A stretch of 18,557 nt of DNA, from positions 128,001 to 146,557 of the forward strand of contig NZ_CBDDRA010000001.1 in the NCBI RefSeq assembly GCF_965232925.1. Reading direction: 5' to 3'. How positions within the stretch are numbered: the first letter of the stretch is position 1; the number at the start of each line of letters is the position of its first letter. The notes under the pieces are model-generated. The model did not search any database and was not told the origin of the DNA. It was given only the letters and a program-made list of their open reading frames with translations. This document shows, piece by piece, positions 8,853-18,200 of the stretch. Origin of the DNA: Tumidithrix helvetica PCC 7403. Its GTDB lineage: Bacteria; Cyanobacteriota; Cyanobacteriia; Pseudanabaenales; Pseudanabaenaceae. Made by a program: the position numbers and the translations under genes.

Positions 8853-8920
8853 GCCCCCTAGCCCCCAATTCTGGGGAAGGATTCTTAAAGTTCCCCAGAA
8901 TTGGGGGATTTAGGGGGCTA
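8853..8920. repeat. Copy 1 of a C5/G5-rich palindromic dispersed element (GCCCCCTAGCCCCCAATTCTGGGGAA-loop-TTCCCCAGAATTGGGGGATTTAGGGGGC), intergenic between the convergent oxygenase and rpmF genes.
   Basis: A stem of about 26 bp with one bulge, read directly. Shares the CCCCC-YRG-CCCCC terminal motif with the elements at 16251 and 17788. Confidence 0.7.
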
Positions 8921-8949
8921 GATCGATTGAAACAAGGTAGTCTGTCTAA

Positions 8950-8980
8950 ACGAAAATAGGGGCGAACAGCCGTTCGTCCC
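8950..8980 (-). terminator. rpmF intrinsic terminator: GGGACGAAC-GGCT-GTTCGCCCC hairpin on the minus strand, followed by UAUUUUCGUUU.
   Basis: Hairpin plus T-rich tail about 48 nt downstream of the rpmF stop; one mismatch in the stem. Confidence 0.5.
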
Positions 8981-9028
8981 TACCGATATATGTGGTGAAG
9001 TATTTGGTAAAACCTATGATGAGGCTAC

Positions 9029-9211
9029 TTATTCCTCGTCCTCGTCTCCTTCTTCCGCAGCTAAAGGATAGATAAATCCTTTGTTTTGACCTGTCAAAAT
9101 GGATTTGCCTAAAGAAATCGCTTTTTGTGCTGCTACGCCAGCCTTGCGCTTCCAAGCTGCTTTACGAATATTCTTTTTGGACTTTGATGTGCGTTTCTTG
9201 GGGACTGCCAT
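9029..9211 (-). CDS. rpmF: 50S ribosomal protein L32.
   Basis: [24 protein letters not shown]... is the canonical L32 N-terminus; 60 aa. Confidence 0.9.
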   Translation of the reverse strand: MAVPKKRTSKSKKNIRKAAWKRKAGVAAQKAISLGKSILTGQNKGFIYPLAAEEGDEDEE

Positions 9212-9340
9212 AACTTTGCTTTATGTTTTTGATATGAGTCGGTAAATTTTTCGGCTTTTTTATTCTAAGCCATGTCTTTAGTTTGCGATCGCGATTTATA
9301 ACTATAACATTGTACAGAACCTAAAATCATGCTCTGAGAA

Positions 9341-9628
9341 TTACTTTCTTGGCATTTGCGTTACATTACTGCGGTCTTGATTGCTCCTGCCTTGATGCTG
9401 ATTTTCCTCTTGGGCGTTATACAAAAGCAGTAAAAGCCCAGCGATCAATACACCGAGAAACACAAACTGATTAATCGGAATATTGGGTTTTTTCTTTTTA
9501 AATTCTTCTTTCTTTTTGATCGAGCGCTCTAAGCCACATTTCAAACATACATAGCGAAACGGGTCGGTTGGATCGACAACAAAGCAGCAATTCCCTTGAT
9601 GGTTATCCTCTTTACAGGCTTGTGACAT
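9341..9628 (-). CDS. Hypothetical small protein with a Cys cluster (CxxxxxxxCC...CxxC, zinc-ribbon-like) followed by one predicted TM helix (FVFLGVLIAGLLLLLY).
   Basis: Complete ORF upstream of rpmF on the same strand. No recognisable family, and the start is not validated. Confidence 0.35.
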   Translation of the reverse strand: MSQACKEDNHQGNCCFVVDPTDPFRYVCLKCGLERSIKKKEEFKKKKPNIPINQFVFLGVLIAGLLLLLYNAQEENQHQGRSNQDRSNVTQMPRK

Positions 9629-9826
9629 TGGGTGGATTGTTGGTACGAGATGCTCGGAATAATTTCTTTAAAAAGTATAAACGAATTTTTTAGGAAAGTA
9701 TCTTTTTTGAGAAAACAATTTATGCAGTGTGCTGCAATTTGAGCAAGTGTTAACTTAAACCAAATATTCCGCTCGATTTGTTTTTGCACCAGAGATAATA
9801 GTCAAGCGCACACTTCCCACATTCCT

Positions 9827-10738
9827 ATGACCAACACCCAGCTACCACAAGTAACCCAGCCGCTCAAATATGCCTATTATCCGGGTTGCGTTGCCAAAGG
9901 GGCTTGCAAAGAATTACATGCTTCGACCATTGCGATCGCAGCAGCTTTGGAAATTGAATTGGTGGAACTGCATCAGGCTTCCTGCTGCGGCTCAGGCACC
10001 TTTAAAGAAACCGACGAGCTGATGGAAGACACCGTAAATGCGCGGAATATTAGTTTGGCAGAAGAACTCAAACTTCCCCTGATGACTCAATGCAGTACCT
10101 GCCAAGGCGTGCTTGGGCGCGTGAATGACAAATTGAAGTTCACAGATTCAGCGCGACGTGACGAAGTGAATGAATTCCTCGGTGCTGAAGGACGGCATTT
10201 TCAAGGAACCACGGAAGTTCTGCACCTGTTATGGATTTTGATTCGCGATTATGGTATAGAACGACTACAACAGAAAGTGAAGCGTCCGCTCACAGCGCTT
10301 AAATGTGCTTCCTTTTATGGTTGTTACCTCCTCCGCGCCCAGACTGTGACTCGTTTTGACGATCCTTACAAGCCAGAATCCCTAGAGAAGGTATTTCGCG
10401 CCCTCGGCGCTACACCCGTCTATTACGAAGGGCGCGTGCAATGCTGCGGCTGGCCGATTTCTAGCTATGCTACCAATGCTTCATTTTCCATGGCAGGAAG
10501 ACATCTATCGGCAGCGATCGCTGCTGGAGCAGACTGCATTGTCACGCCTTGCCCCCTATGCCACTTAAATCTTGATTCGCGTCAACCAGAAGTGGAGAAA
10601 GTTATTGGACAAAAGTTGGGAATCCCGATTTTGCATCTACCGCAGTTAATAGGACTGGCTTTGGGCATCGATCCCGTTACGTTAGGATTGAATCGCCACA
10701 TTGTCTCAACCGTTCCCATTCTTAGGATTTTGATCTAG
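9827..10738 (+). CDS. HdrB-like protein with two cysteine-rich CCG domains (heterodisulfide reductase subunit B / GlcF / archaeal-type SdhE family).
   Basis: YYPGCvakgaCkE...CCGSG and ...CCGWP...CPLCHLN match the two-CCG-domain pattern. Confidence 0.75.
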   Translation: MTNTQLPQVTQPLKYAYYPGCVAKGACKELHASTIAIAAALEIELVELHQASCCGSGTFKETDELMEDTVNARNISLAEELKLPLMTQCSTCQGVLGRVNDKLKFTDSARRDEVNEFLGAEGRHFQGTTEVLHLLWILIRDYGIERLQQKVKRPLTALKCASFYGCYLLRAQTVTRFDDPYKPESLEKVFRALGATPVYYEGRVQCCGWPISSYATNASFSMAGRHLSAAIAAGADCIVTPCPLCHLNLDSRQPEVEKVIGQKLGIPILHLPQLIGLALGIDPVTLGLNRHIVSTVPILRILI

Positions 10739-10779
10739 GCATTCTAAAATCCCTGTATTGACCTTGTATTGACCTTATT

Positions 10780-12084
10780 ATGACCCCAGATGAATTTCTC
10801 GCTAGCTTTGGTAAATTTGGGATTCATCTGGGGCTGGAACGAATCGCTCAGCTTTTAGCAGATCTAGGAAACCCACACCAGAGATTTCCTGTGATTCATG
10901 TGGCGGGAACCAATGGCAAAGGTTCTGTCTGTGCTTACATTTCCTCTATTTTAGAGATGGCTGGCTATCGGGTCGGTCGGTATATTTCGCCGCATTTGGT
11001 CGATTGGCGAGAACGTATTTGTATAAATTCCGAATGGATTGCTTCAGAAGATTTGTTGAACGCACTGATGCAGGTCAAGCAAGCGATTCAGCCCCAACAT
11101 CCACCCACGCAGTTTGAAGCGATCACCGCTGCGGCTTGGTGGTATTTTGCCGATCGCCAAGTTGATGTCGCTGTGATTGAAACAGGGTTAGGTGGCAGAT
11201 TAGATGCTACCAATGTATGCGATCGCCCTCTAGTCTCGGTCATTACATCCATTAGTATGGAACACTGGCAGCGGTTGGGCTCCACCCTAGCAGCGATCGC
11301 ATCCGAAAAAGCCGGAATCATTAAACCCTCCTGCCCTGTCGTGATTGGGGAACTGCCTCCTGAAGCCGCTGCTGTCATGCTAGACAAAGTGGAAGCGAAT
11401 CACTGTCCCGTTACCTGGGTTCGTGCCGCTACCGAAATGCAGCCTACAGCATTCAATTCAGGATCTACACTAGACTCAAGCCTAGAGAATTTAGCAGTAT
11501 GGGAAGGGATTACCTATCCTTTGCCGCTTTTAGGCAAACATCAGTTGATTAATTCCGCGATCGCGCTCGGAACTATCCAAACGCTAAGAACGCAGGGTTG
11601 GGAAATTCCCGAGTCCGCCGTGACAGAAGGAATGCGGCGAACCCAATGGTTGGGAAGATTGCAATGGGTGGAATATCAACGTTTCGTTGGTGGGCAAAAA
11701 AGAACGCATAAACTATTGATCGATGGAGCCCATAATGTCGCTGCGGCTGAATACCTGCGCGAGTTTGTCGATCGCATCTTCCCAAACCAACCTAGATGCT
11801 GGGCGATCGGTATGCTAGACACCAAAGATCACCTTGGCATTCTCAAAGCTTTATTAAATCCCCAAGATAGACTGATTACTGTGCCTGTCCCTTTTCACCA
11901 GACTGCCGACCCAGAGATGCTTGCAAAGTTGGGGACGACAATCGTAAAAGAAACTCCAAGAGCCTATCCCGCTCTGGAATCAGGACTAGATGCGGCTTTC
12001 TGCGAGTATGAATCTCAGCATTATCCAGTCATCCTATGCGGTTCTCTCTATCTGATCGGGCAGTTTCTTAGCAAAGCCACATGA
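10780..12084 (+). CDS. folC: Folylpolyglutamate synthase / dihydrofolate synthase.
   Basis: P-loop VIHVAGTNGKGSV and the Mur-ligase-family motifs (YISPHL, IETGLGGRLDATN). Confidence 0.9.
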   Translation: MTPDEFLASFGKFGIHLGLERIAQLLADLGNPHQRFPVIHVAGTNGKGSVCAYISSILEMAGYRVGRYISPHLVDWRERICINSEWIASEDLLNALMQVKQAIQPQHPPTQFEAITAAAWWYFADRQVDVAVIETGLGGRLDATNVCDRPLVSVITSISMEHWQRLGSTLAAIASEKAGIIKPSCPVVIGELPPEAAAVMLDKVEANHCPVTWVRAATEMQPTAFNSGSTLDSSLENLAVWEGITYPLPLLGKHQLINSAIALGTIQTLRTQGWEIPESAVTEGMRRTQWLGRLQWVEYQRFVGGQKRTHKLLIDGAHNVAAAEYLREFVDRIFPNQPRCWAIGMLDTKDHLGILKALLNPQDRLITVPVPFHQTADPEMLAKLGTTIVKETPRAYPALESGLDAAFCEYESQHYPVILCGSLYLIGQFLSKAT

Positions 12085-12258
12085 TCCATTGTACGCCCAA
12101 TGTTTTGCCTCAAAATTCTTATCAGGAACTCATTTGCAAATAGAATCCATTCGAGATTCTTTGCAACCTCAAAAGATTTAGGGATTTACGTCTGTTGCCT
12201 ATGATATATTTTGGAAACTTTTGGGCATAATTCATGTCTTACCTCACTAAGATGTTTG

Positions 12259-12272
12259 ATCGATGCATCGAT
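12259..12272. promoter_or_regulatory. Perfect 14-bp palindrome ATCGATGCATCGAT, 47 nt upstream of the start codon of the secreted-protein gene. Candidate operator.
   Basis: Palindrome read directly; the function is inferred only. Confidence 0.3.
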
Positions 12273-12318
12273 TACAAATATCCTGAGGTTGTGGCGATCG
12301 GGAGTTAAGGAAATTATC

Positions 12319-13167
12319 ATGCTGAAATTGCAGTCTAGTCAGGTCTTCTTTTTCGTGCCGATCGTGCTAACTGCCGCTATCAGTCTTGAAGCTGTTGCTC
12401 AAGTTTCAGTGGTTCTACCCGCAAAAACCTGCCAACAACTTGGACCGAGAAATTATGTGGTTCTAGTGAATCGACCAGGCAATCTACTCCCTCAGTTACC
12501 AGAATTTTTAGCAATTTCTGCCATCCCCTGCGGCTATATGGCAAACTCCATCACTTTTTTTGGTAATTTCAACAATCTCAATGCGGCTTCCTATCGAGCC
12601 GAGCAACTGAGACAAATTGGACTAGATGCGATCGTGCATTCTTTTGCACTTGATAATGCTCAAATCTCTCCCAATTTACGAGGAGCCTCTGTCATTGTCG
12701 AACCTAATGCCGATCCAAATCTAGCGTTACAACAAGTCCAAGCTGCCACGAATTCCCACACGCAACTGGTCAATTTTGCGAATCGCCAAGTTGTTTTAGC
12801 CTCGCCTTTATCGAGTTTTCAGGTGGCAAATACGATCGCATCAAACCTGCGCAGTCGTGGCTTTGCTTCTCAGGCAGTCAGTGCTAGTTTGGTTAGTCAG
12901 CCCAATGCGCCAACCAGCACGGTTGCGCCCCCTGTATCAACGCCCAATGATTCCAGCGCTACCAAAAAAACATTTCGCGTGTTAGTGCCCGAGTTGAATC
13001 AAGCTACCTTGGGGTACGTGAGAGCGATCGCTTCCGATGCTTTTCCTCGTTCTTATCAGGGACGCAGGTATATCCAAGCTCGTACCTACACCGATCTGTC
13101 TAATGCTACCCGCGAACGCGATCGCTTTAATATTCGCTTCCCAGGCACGATTATCATTAGTGAATAA
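12319..13167 (+). CDS. Secreted hypothetical protein with three SPOR-like repeats. The ATG at 12319 is preferred over the track's 12211.
   Basis: GGAGttAAGGAAattatcATG is a strong RBS-start context. A signal peptide follows immediately (MLKLQSSQVFFFVPIVLTAAISLEAVAQ). The 36 codons upstream of 12319 look non-coding. The SPOR call is weak. Confidence 0.6.
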   Translation: MLKLQSSQVFFFVPIVLTAAISLEAVAQVSVVLPAKTCQQLGPRNYVVLVNRPGNLLPQLPEFLAISAIPCGYMANSITFFGNFNNLNAASYRAEQLRQIGLDAIVHSFALDNAQISPNLRGASVIVEPNADPNLALQQVQAATNSHTQLVNFANRQVVLASPLSSFQVANTIASNLRSRGFASQAVSASLVSQPNAPTSTVAPPVSTPNDSSATKKTFRVLVPELNQATLGYVRAIASDAFPRSYQGRRYIQARTYTDLSNATRERDRFNIRFPGTIIISE

Positions 13168-13258
13168 AGCGATCTCCCTCCCCTGTAAAAAACTATTGAT
13201 CCCTGACAAGCGTTATATTTAGAGAAAGCATATTAAGTATTGTTAAGGTAGTTCTCTG

Positions 13259-13870
13259 ATGCAGCGCTCTTCACAGGTAGAAATCAGCAATCCCTCAACC
13301 GCATGGCATCGCATTATCAATCCGATTTGGCAGGGTAGTGCCGATGAAATTAGTAAGGGCTTACCCTTCAACCAGATGTCCCCCCATTGGCAGATGTTTT
13401 TGCTGGGTGATGGCGCACCCACCCGCCATTTACAGCTACTCACCCAGTCAGAGATCGTGGTTGATGTGATTGCCATGACACCGATTGGCTATGACGACGA
13501 TCTTGCCCCCGCTGCGATCGCGGCAATTCCTGCCCCACGAACCCGTCGCCAAATTTGGCTACGCTGTGCGAAAACGGGTGAGGTTTTGTCTCATGCCACA
13601 TCATGGTGGTCTACGGCGCAAATCGATCGCTATCTTACCGATCCATCCCTACCGATCTGGGCAAGCCTCAATCAAAAACATACCGAGCTATACCGAGACT
13701 TACAAGGTATTTCTAAAGGGGCAAGTCCCGGACTGGTCAAAACCTTTGGTCAGCCCGAAACCTATTGGGGACGGCATTATCTTCTGTGGCATGGTGGTAA
13801 GCCTTTAACCCTAATTTACGAAATTTATGCGCCTGCGATCGCCAAATATCTCGGACCAAGCAGCCTGTAA
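13259..13870 (+). CDS. ubiC: Chorismate pyruvate-lyase (UbiC / Ycf21, DUF98 family).
   Basis: The C-terminal block [26 protein letters not shown] parallels E. coli UbiC [39 protein letters not shown] parallels LLLEDSMTKRFEQ. Confidence 0.75.
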   Translation: [203 protein letters not shown]

Positions 13871-13894
13871 CGACCTGCCTAAAAATCTGGTGAA

Positions 13895-15241
13895 TTGAAC
13901 GCTGAAATTGCTAGGATACGGGTATCGCTCTGGATGTACGGCATGGATCTCGAACTTTCCCGTTTTCTCAAGGCTTGTAACCCCACCCATCCTCTTGATG
14001 CGAGTAATCCAGAGGATCTCAGCTATTATGTCGATCTCTCGTCAGTGCGTGGGGCTGAGTTGATTAAAAGTTTGAAACGGACGATCGCTGTGATTTCGCC
14101 CGATGAGGCAACTTGTCAGTTATTTACGGGGCATATTGGCTGCGGCAAATCAACGGAATTATTGCGACTGAAGAACGAACTAGAAAAGCAAAAGTTTCAC
14201 GTTGCCTATTTTGAGTGCGACAAGCAGCTTGAGTTGAGCGATGTCGATGCTAGCGACGTGTTGCTGGCGATCGCGGGGCAAATTAGTGAGGGACTTGAGA
14301 AGGAAAATATCAGCATCGTTTCCGCATATTTCACAAAGTTATTTGGCGAGCTGAAAGATTTGCTGCAAACCAAGGTCGAGCTGAATGCAAATTTTAAACT
14401 ATCGGTTGGAATTGCCGAAATTACCGCTCAAGCAAAACACAGTCAATCGTTGCGTCGTCAGATTCACGAACGTTTAGAATCACGGACAAACAGCATTATT
14501 ACAGCGATTAATAACGAGTTGTTAAAACCAGCACGAGAAAAGTTAAAAGCAAAGGGCATGAAGGGATTGGTGGTGATTGTGGATAACCTCGATCGCATTG
14601 AAAATCGCATCGACCCTAAAGAACAATCGCGGGCGGGATATCTATTTGTGGAACGGGGCGATCAGTTGCGGGGCTTAGATTGCCATCTGGTCTATACGGT
14701 TCCCTTACTGCTGACCTTCTCGAATGATGCGGCGATCGTTACGGGTCGGTTTGGTACGGAAATTAAGACGCTACCGATGATTCCTGCGCGTTTAGCTGAT
14801 GGGAGTGAATGTGAAGAGGGAATGGCACTATTGCGACAGATCGTGATGGCAAGGGCATTTCCGACGCTTAGCCCCTTGCAAAGGATTGAGGATGTCCATG
14901 TTAAAGCTGTATTTGATTCGCCGCAAACGCTCGATCGCTTGTGTCAGGTGAGTGGAGGGCACGTTCGCAATCTATTTCGGTTTCTGCTGGGTTGTTTGCA
15001 GCAGGACGATCCGCCGATTTCGGCGAGTTTGCTAGAAAGTATCATTGCCAACGAACGCAATAAAATGCGTAAGATTATTACGGATGATGAATGGGAATTG
15101 ATTCGGAAGGTGCATCAGGATAAGCGGCTGAGCGGAGAAGCGCAGTATCAGATGCTGATTAAGAGCCAATTTGTGTTTGAGTATGAATATCAAGGGAATG
15201 GTTGGTTTGATTGCAATCCGATTTTAGATAAACTGTTATAG
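13895..15241 (+). CDS. P-loop NTPase of unknown family (Walker A TGHIGCGKST, Walker B LVVIVDNLD), 448 aa, immediately upstream of the giant NTPase-WD40 gene.
   Basis: Motifs read directly. The track start is a TTG; the real start may be the ATG at 13934 or 13943. Confidence 0.7.
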   Translation: MNAEIARIRVSLWMYGMDLELSRFLKACNPTHPLDASNPEDLSYYVDLSSVRGAELIKSLKRTIAVISPDEATCQLFTGHIGCGKSTELLRLKNELEKQKFHVAYFECDKQLELSDVDASDVLLAIAGQISEGLEKENISIVSAYFTKLFGELKDLLQTKVELNANFKLSVGIAEITAQAKHSQSLRRQIHERLESRTNSIITAINNELLKPAREKLKAKGMKGLVVIVDNLDRIENRIDPKEQSRAGYLFVERGDQLRGLDCHLVYTVPLLLTFSNDAAIVTGRFGTEIKTLPMIPARLADGSECEEGMALLRQIVMARAFPTLSPLQRIEDVHVKAVFDSPQTLDRLCQVSGGHVRNLFRFLLGCLQQDDPPISASLLESIIANERNKMRKIITDDEWELIRKVHQDKRLSGEAQYQMLIKSQFVFEYEYQGNGWFDCNPILDKLL

Positions 15242-15257
15242 GCATCTCGGCTACATC

Positions 15258-18200
15258 ATGGACGAGGAAATCGCATCCACTGCCACGCTCAACCAAAACT
15301 CTCTCAGGCTACTGAAGCGAGTCGCCACCAACGCGCAGGGATTTTCGCTGTCGATCGCTTTGTGTAACTATCGATCGCTGCAAAACCGTTACTTGGCAGA
15401 ATTAACAGCGCAATTGCCCGATCGGGCAATTGCCACAATCGAATTGGAACCCGATGCGACGACATTGCTGACACTGGTTCAGGATTTGATGGAGACGGTC
15501 GCACACGAACCGCCAGAGCGTCAGCCTAAGGTATTGATGGTATTGGGGCTAGAAGAGGTCAAAGATGTTTCTGCGGTACTGCAATCAGCAAATCGCGTGC
15601 GGGAAGAATTTGCCAACTGCCTAGATTTTCCGATGGTGCTCTGGCTCAACGATCGTACGCAGGATATTCTGACTCGCGATGCTAGCGATTTGGCGAACTG
15701 GGTAACAGCGGGGGCGCTCGAGTTTCGGTTTACGCCTGCGGAACTCGTGGGGTTTTTGCGCGAAACTACGGAATCGCTGTTTGCGAGATTTCTCAATCCT
15801 GAAACCGATGGGATGTTTCGCGGGGGGGCGATCGCCAAGGGCTTGCAAAAATTTGAGCTTGAGACCGCCGTGAAGGAGTTACAAGCCTCTGGGCAAGTTC
15901 TCAATCCCGAACTCGCGGCAAATTTGGATTTTGCCTTTGGGTTTTGCGCTTTATTGGAGAAGGAATTCGCCTCAGCAAAGCAGTCGTTTGGCAAGAGTTT
16001 GGAGGTTTGGCGTGGGAGGAACGCGCTAAAGCAGGCGGCTTGTTTGTTTCAGGTCGGGGTGTGCGATCGCACAGTAGCATTTCACCGTCGCTATGATAAG
16101 GTTCCGTTTTATCGCCTTGCGAGGGAGAGTTTTGCCGAAGCAATCGCGATTTTTCGAGATTTGGGGCGATCGGATTTGGTGGCAGAGTATCTTAATTTTT
16201 TGATGGCTGTGGTGGAGGATTTGGCACGGTTGGATAGGGATTTGAAGAGATCCCCCCCAGCCCCCCTTAATAAGGGGGGAGAATTTATTAGGGGTAAAGA
16301 GTTATTTGAGGAATTGGAGGGGTTGGCGCGGGAGGCGTTGGGACTGCGGCAGCGGTATCCAAATTTGTTGAAGGAGGCGCACGATCGCGGCATGATGGCG
16401 GCGGTAAAGATTGCGTTTGGGGAATATGTCGAGGCGCAGCAGTTTGCGGAGGGGGCACTGGCGCTATATCGAGAGGCGGAGAGGCAGCAGTTGCCCAATT
16501 TGGCTTGGACGCGACGTTATATCTATGGGCTGTATGAGATTTGGTTGGCGCGAGCTTTGGCAGGGCAGGGCAAGAGGGCAGAGGCGATCGCGGGTTTAGA
16601 GGGGGTGCGATCGCAGTGGCGGCATCAGTACGACGCGCAGATCTATGTGGGGGTGCTGGAAGAGTTGCGATCGCAATACACGCAGGCGGGGCGCTATCTC
16701 GATGCCTTTCATACAAAGCAGCACCAGCGATCGGTGGAGCAGCAGTATGGGTTGCGGGCGTTTATCGGGGCGGGAATGCTGCATCCCAGTCGGGAGGAGG
16801 TCGATCCTGCGACGGCGGCGATCGCGTTGCGGCAACCCGATGGCATTGCGGTGGAAATCGTGGCATCGGGCAGAAAGCAAAATGTGGAGGAACTGGTGGA
16901 ACGGATTCGCCAGCCGCGCTATCCCTTGACGGTGATTCATGGGGATTCGGGGGCGGGAAAGAGTTCGATTTTGAATGGTGGGGTCGTGCCTGCGTTGCGA
17001 TCGCGGGAAACGTTGGATGGTCGCAAGGTGCTGGTGTTGACGGTAAATACCTATAAGGAATGGAGTCGCGAGATTGAGCGGCAGTTGCAGGAGTTTTTTG
17101 GTGGTGCGCGTCCCGAGTTGAATCCGATCGAGCATTTTAAGCGCAATGTTGAGGAGAACTATCTGACCGTGTTGGTGTTCGATCAGTTTGAGGATTTCTT
17201 TTTTAAAAAGGAGGATTTTGCCGATCGCTTGCCGTTTTACAAATTCCTGAGAGCCTGTTTGCATACGGATTTTGTCCGAGTGGTGCTGTCGCTGCGCGAG
17301 GACTATCTGCATTATTTATTGGAATGCGATCGCGCCGTGAATCTAGAAAAGGTCGAGAACGATATTCTCGGCAAGCAGATTCGCTATTATTTGGGCGATT
17401 TTACGCCAGAGGAGGCAAGGCGGGTGATTGAGTCGCTGACGGCAAGGGCGGAGGTGAAGCTGGATGCGGATCTGTGCGATCGCTTGGTGGTGGATTTGAC
17501 GGGCGATCGGGGTAGGGTGTTGCCGATTGAGTTGCAGGTAGCGGGGGCGCAACTAGAGTCTGAGGAACCACAAATTTCGACGTTGGCGCAATATTTGGCA
17601 TTGACAAGCGATGTCTCGCAGCGTAAACCCAGTGAGGTTTTAGTGGAGCGCTGGCTAGAGAATGTGGTGAAGGATTGTGGCGAGGGAAATCAAGAGTTGG
17701 CGCAAAGGGTGCTGTACGCGTTGACGGGAATGGAGGAGAAGCGACCGCAAAAAACGCAGGAGGAATTGGCGGCTGAGTTACTGACATCTCCCCCTGCCCC
17801 TCTCCTAAAAGGCGAGGGGAGTAAGAATGAGTCTTTGCTCCCCCTCTCCCATGGGGAGAGGGGGCTGGGGGGAGATGTCAATCTCGAACTGGTGCTGGCG
17901 GTTTTGGTGGGGTCGGGTTTGGCGTTTCGGGTGAGCAGTACGCCAGAGGATCGCTATCAGTTGATTCACGATTATCTGACGGGCTTTATACGGAAGAAGT
18001 ATGGGATTGATGTGAATGCTGAGTTGAGAAAAGAGCGGAAGCGGCGGGAATTGGCGGAACTGGCAAGAGAACAGGCGGAAAAAGAGAAGGAGATATTTGC
18101 AGTTGCGAATCGTAAAGCTGGACAAAGAGTTCGGATCGGTTCAATTATTTTAGGAATTGCATCTATTGCTGCGATCGGAATTAGCATTTATGCAAGCAAA

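Noticed and set aside
8946-9155. 69-aa minus-strand ORF overlapping rpmF in another frame.
   Set aside because: rpmF (L32) in the other frame has an unmistakable conserved sequence.
9541-9789. 82-aa minus-strand ORF overlapping the 5' end of the Zn-ribbon/TM ORF and the divergent promoter region.
   Set aside because: Overlaps an AT-rich intergenic region; no motifs; would leave no promoter space for the HdrB-like gene.
10754-10775. Tandem 11-bp direct repeat TGTATTGACCT x2 immediately upstream of the folC ATG.
   Set aside because: Only two units and within 41 nt of the upstream gene's stop. It could contain a TTGACC -35-like box but is too little to call a regulatory site or a CRISPR-like repeat.
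12211-12318. The track's longer start (12211) for the secreted-protein gene.
   Set aside because: The ATG at 12319 has a strong GGAG/AAGGAA RBS and begins a textbook signal peptide. The upstream 36 codons (METFGHNSCLTSLRCLIDASITNILRLWRSGVKEII) look non-coding and contain the 14-bp palindrome.
13485-13808. 107-aa plus-strand ORF inside the chorismate lyase gene.
   Set aside because: The alternative frame of a gene with a clear UbiC-family match.
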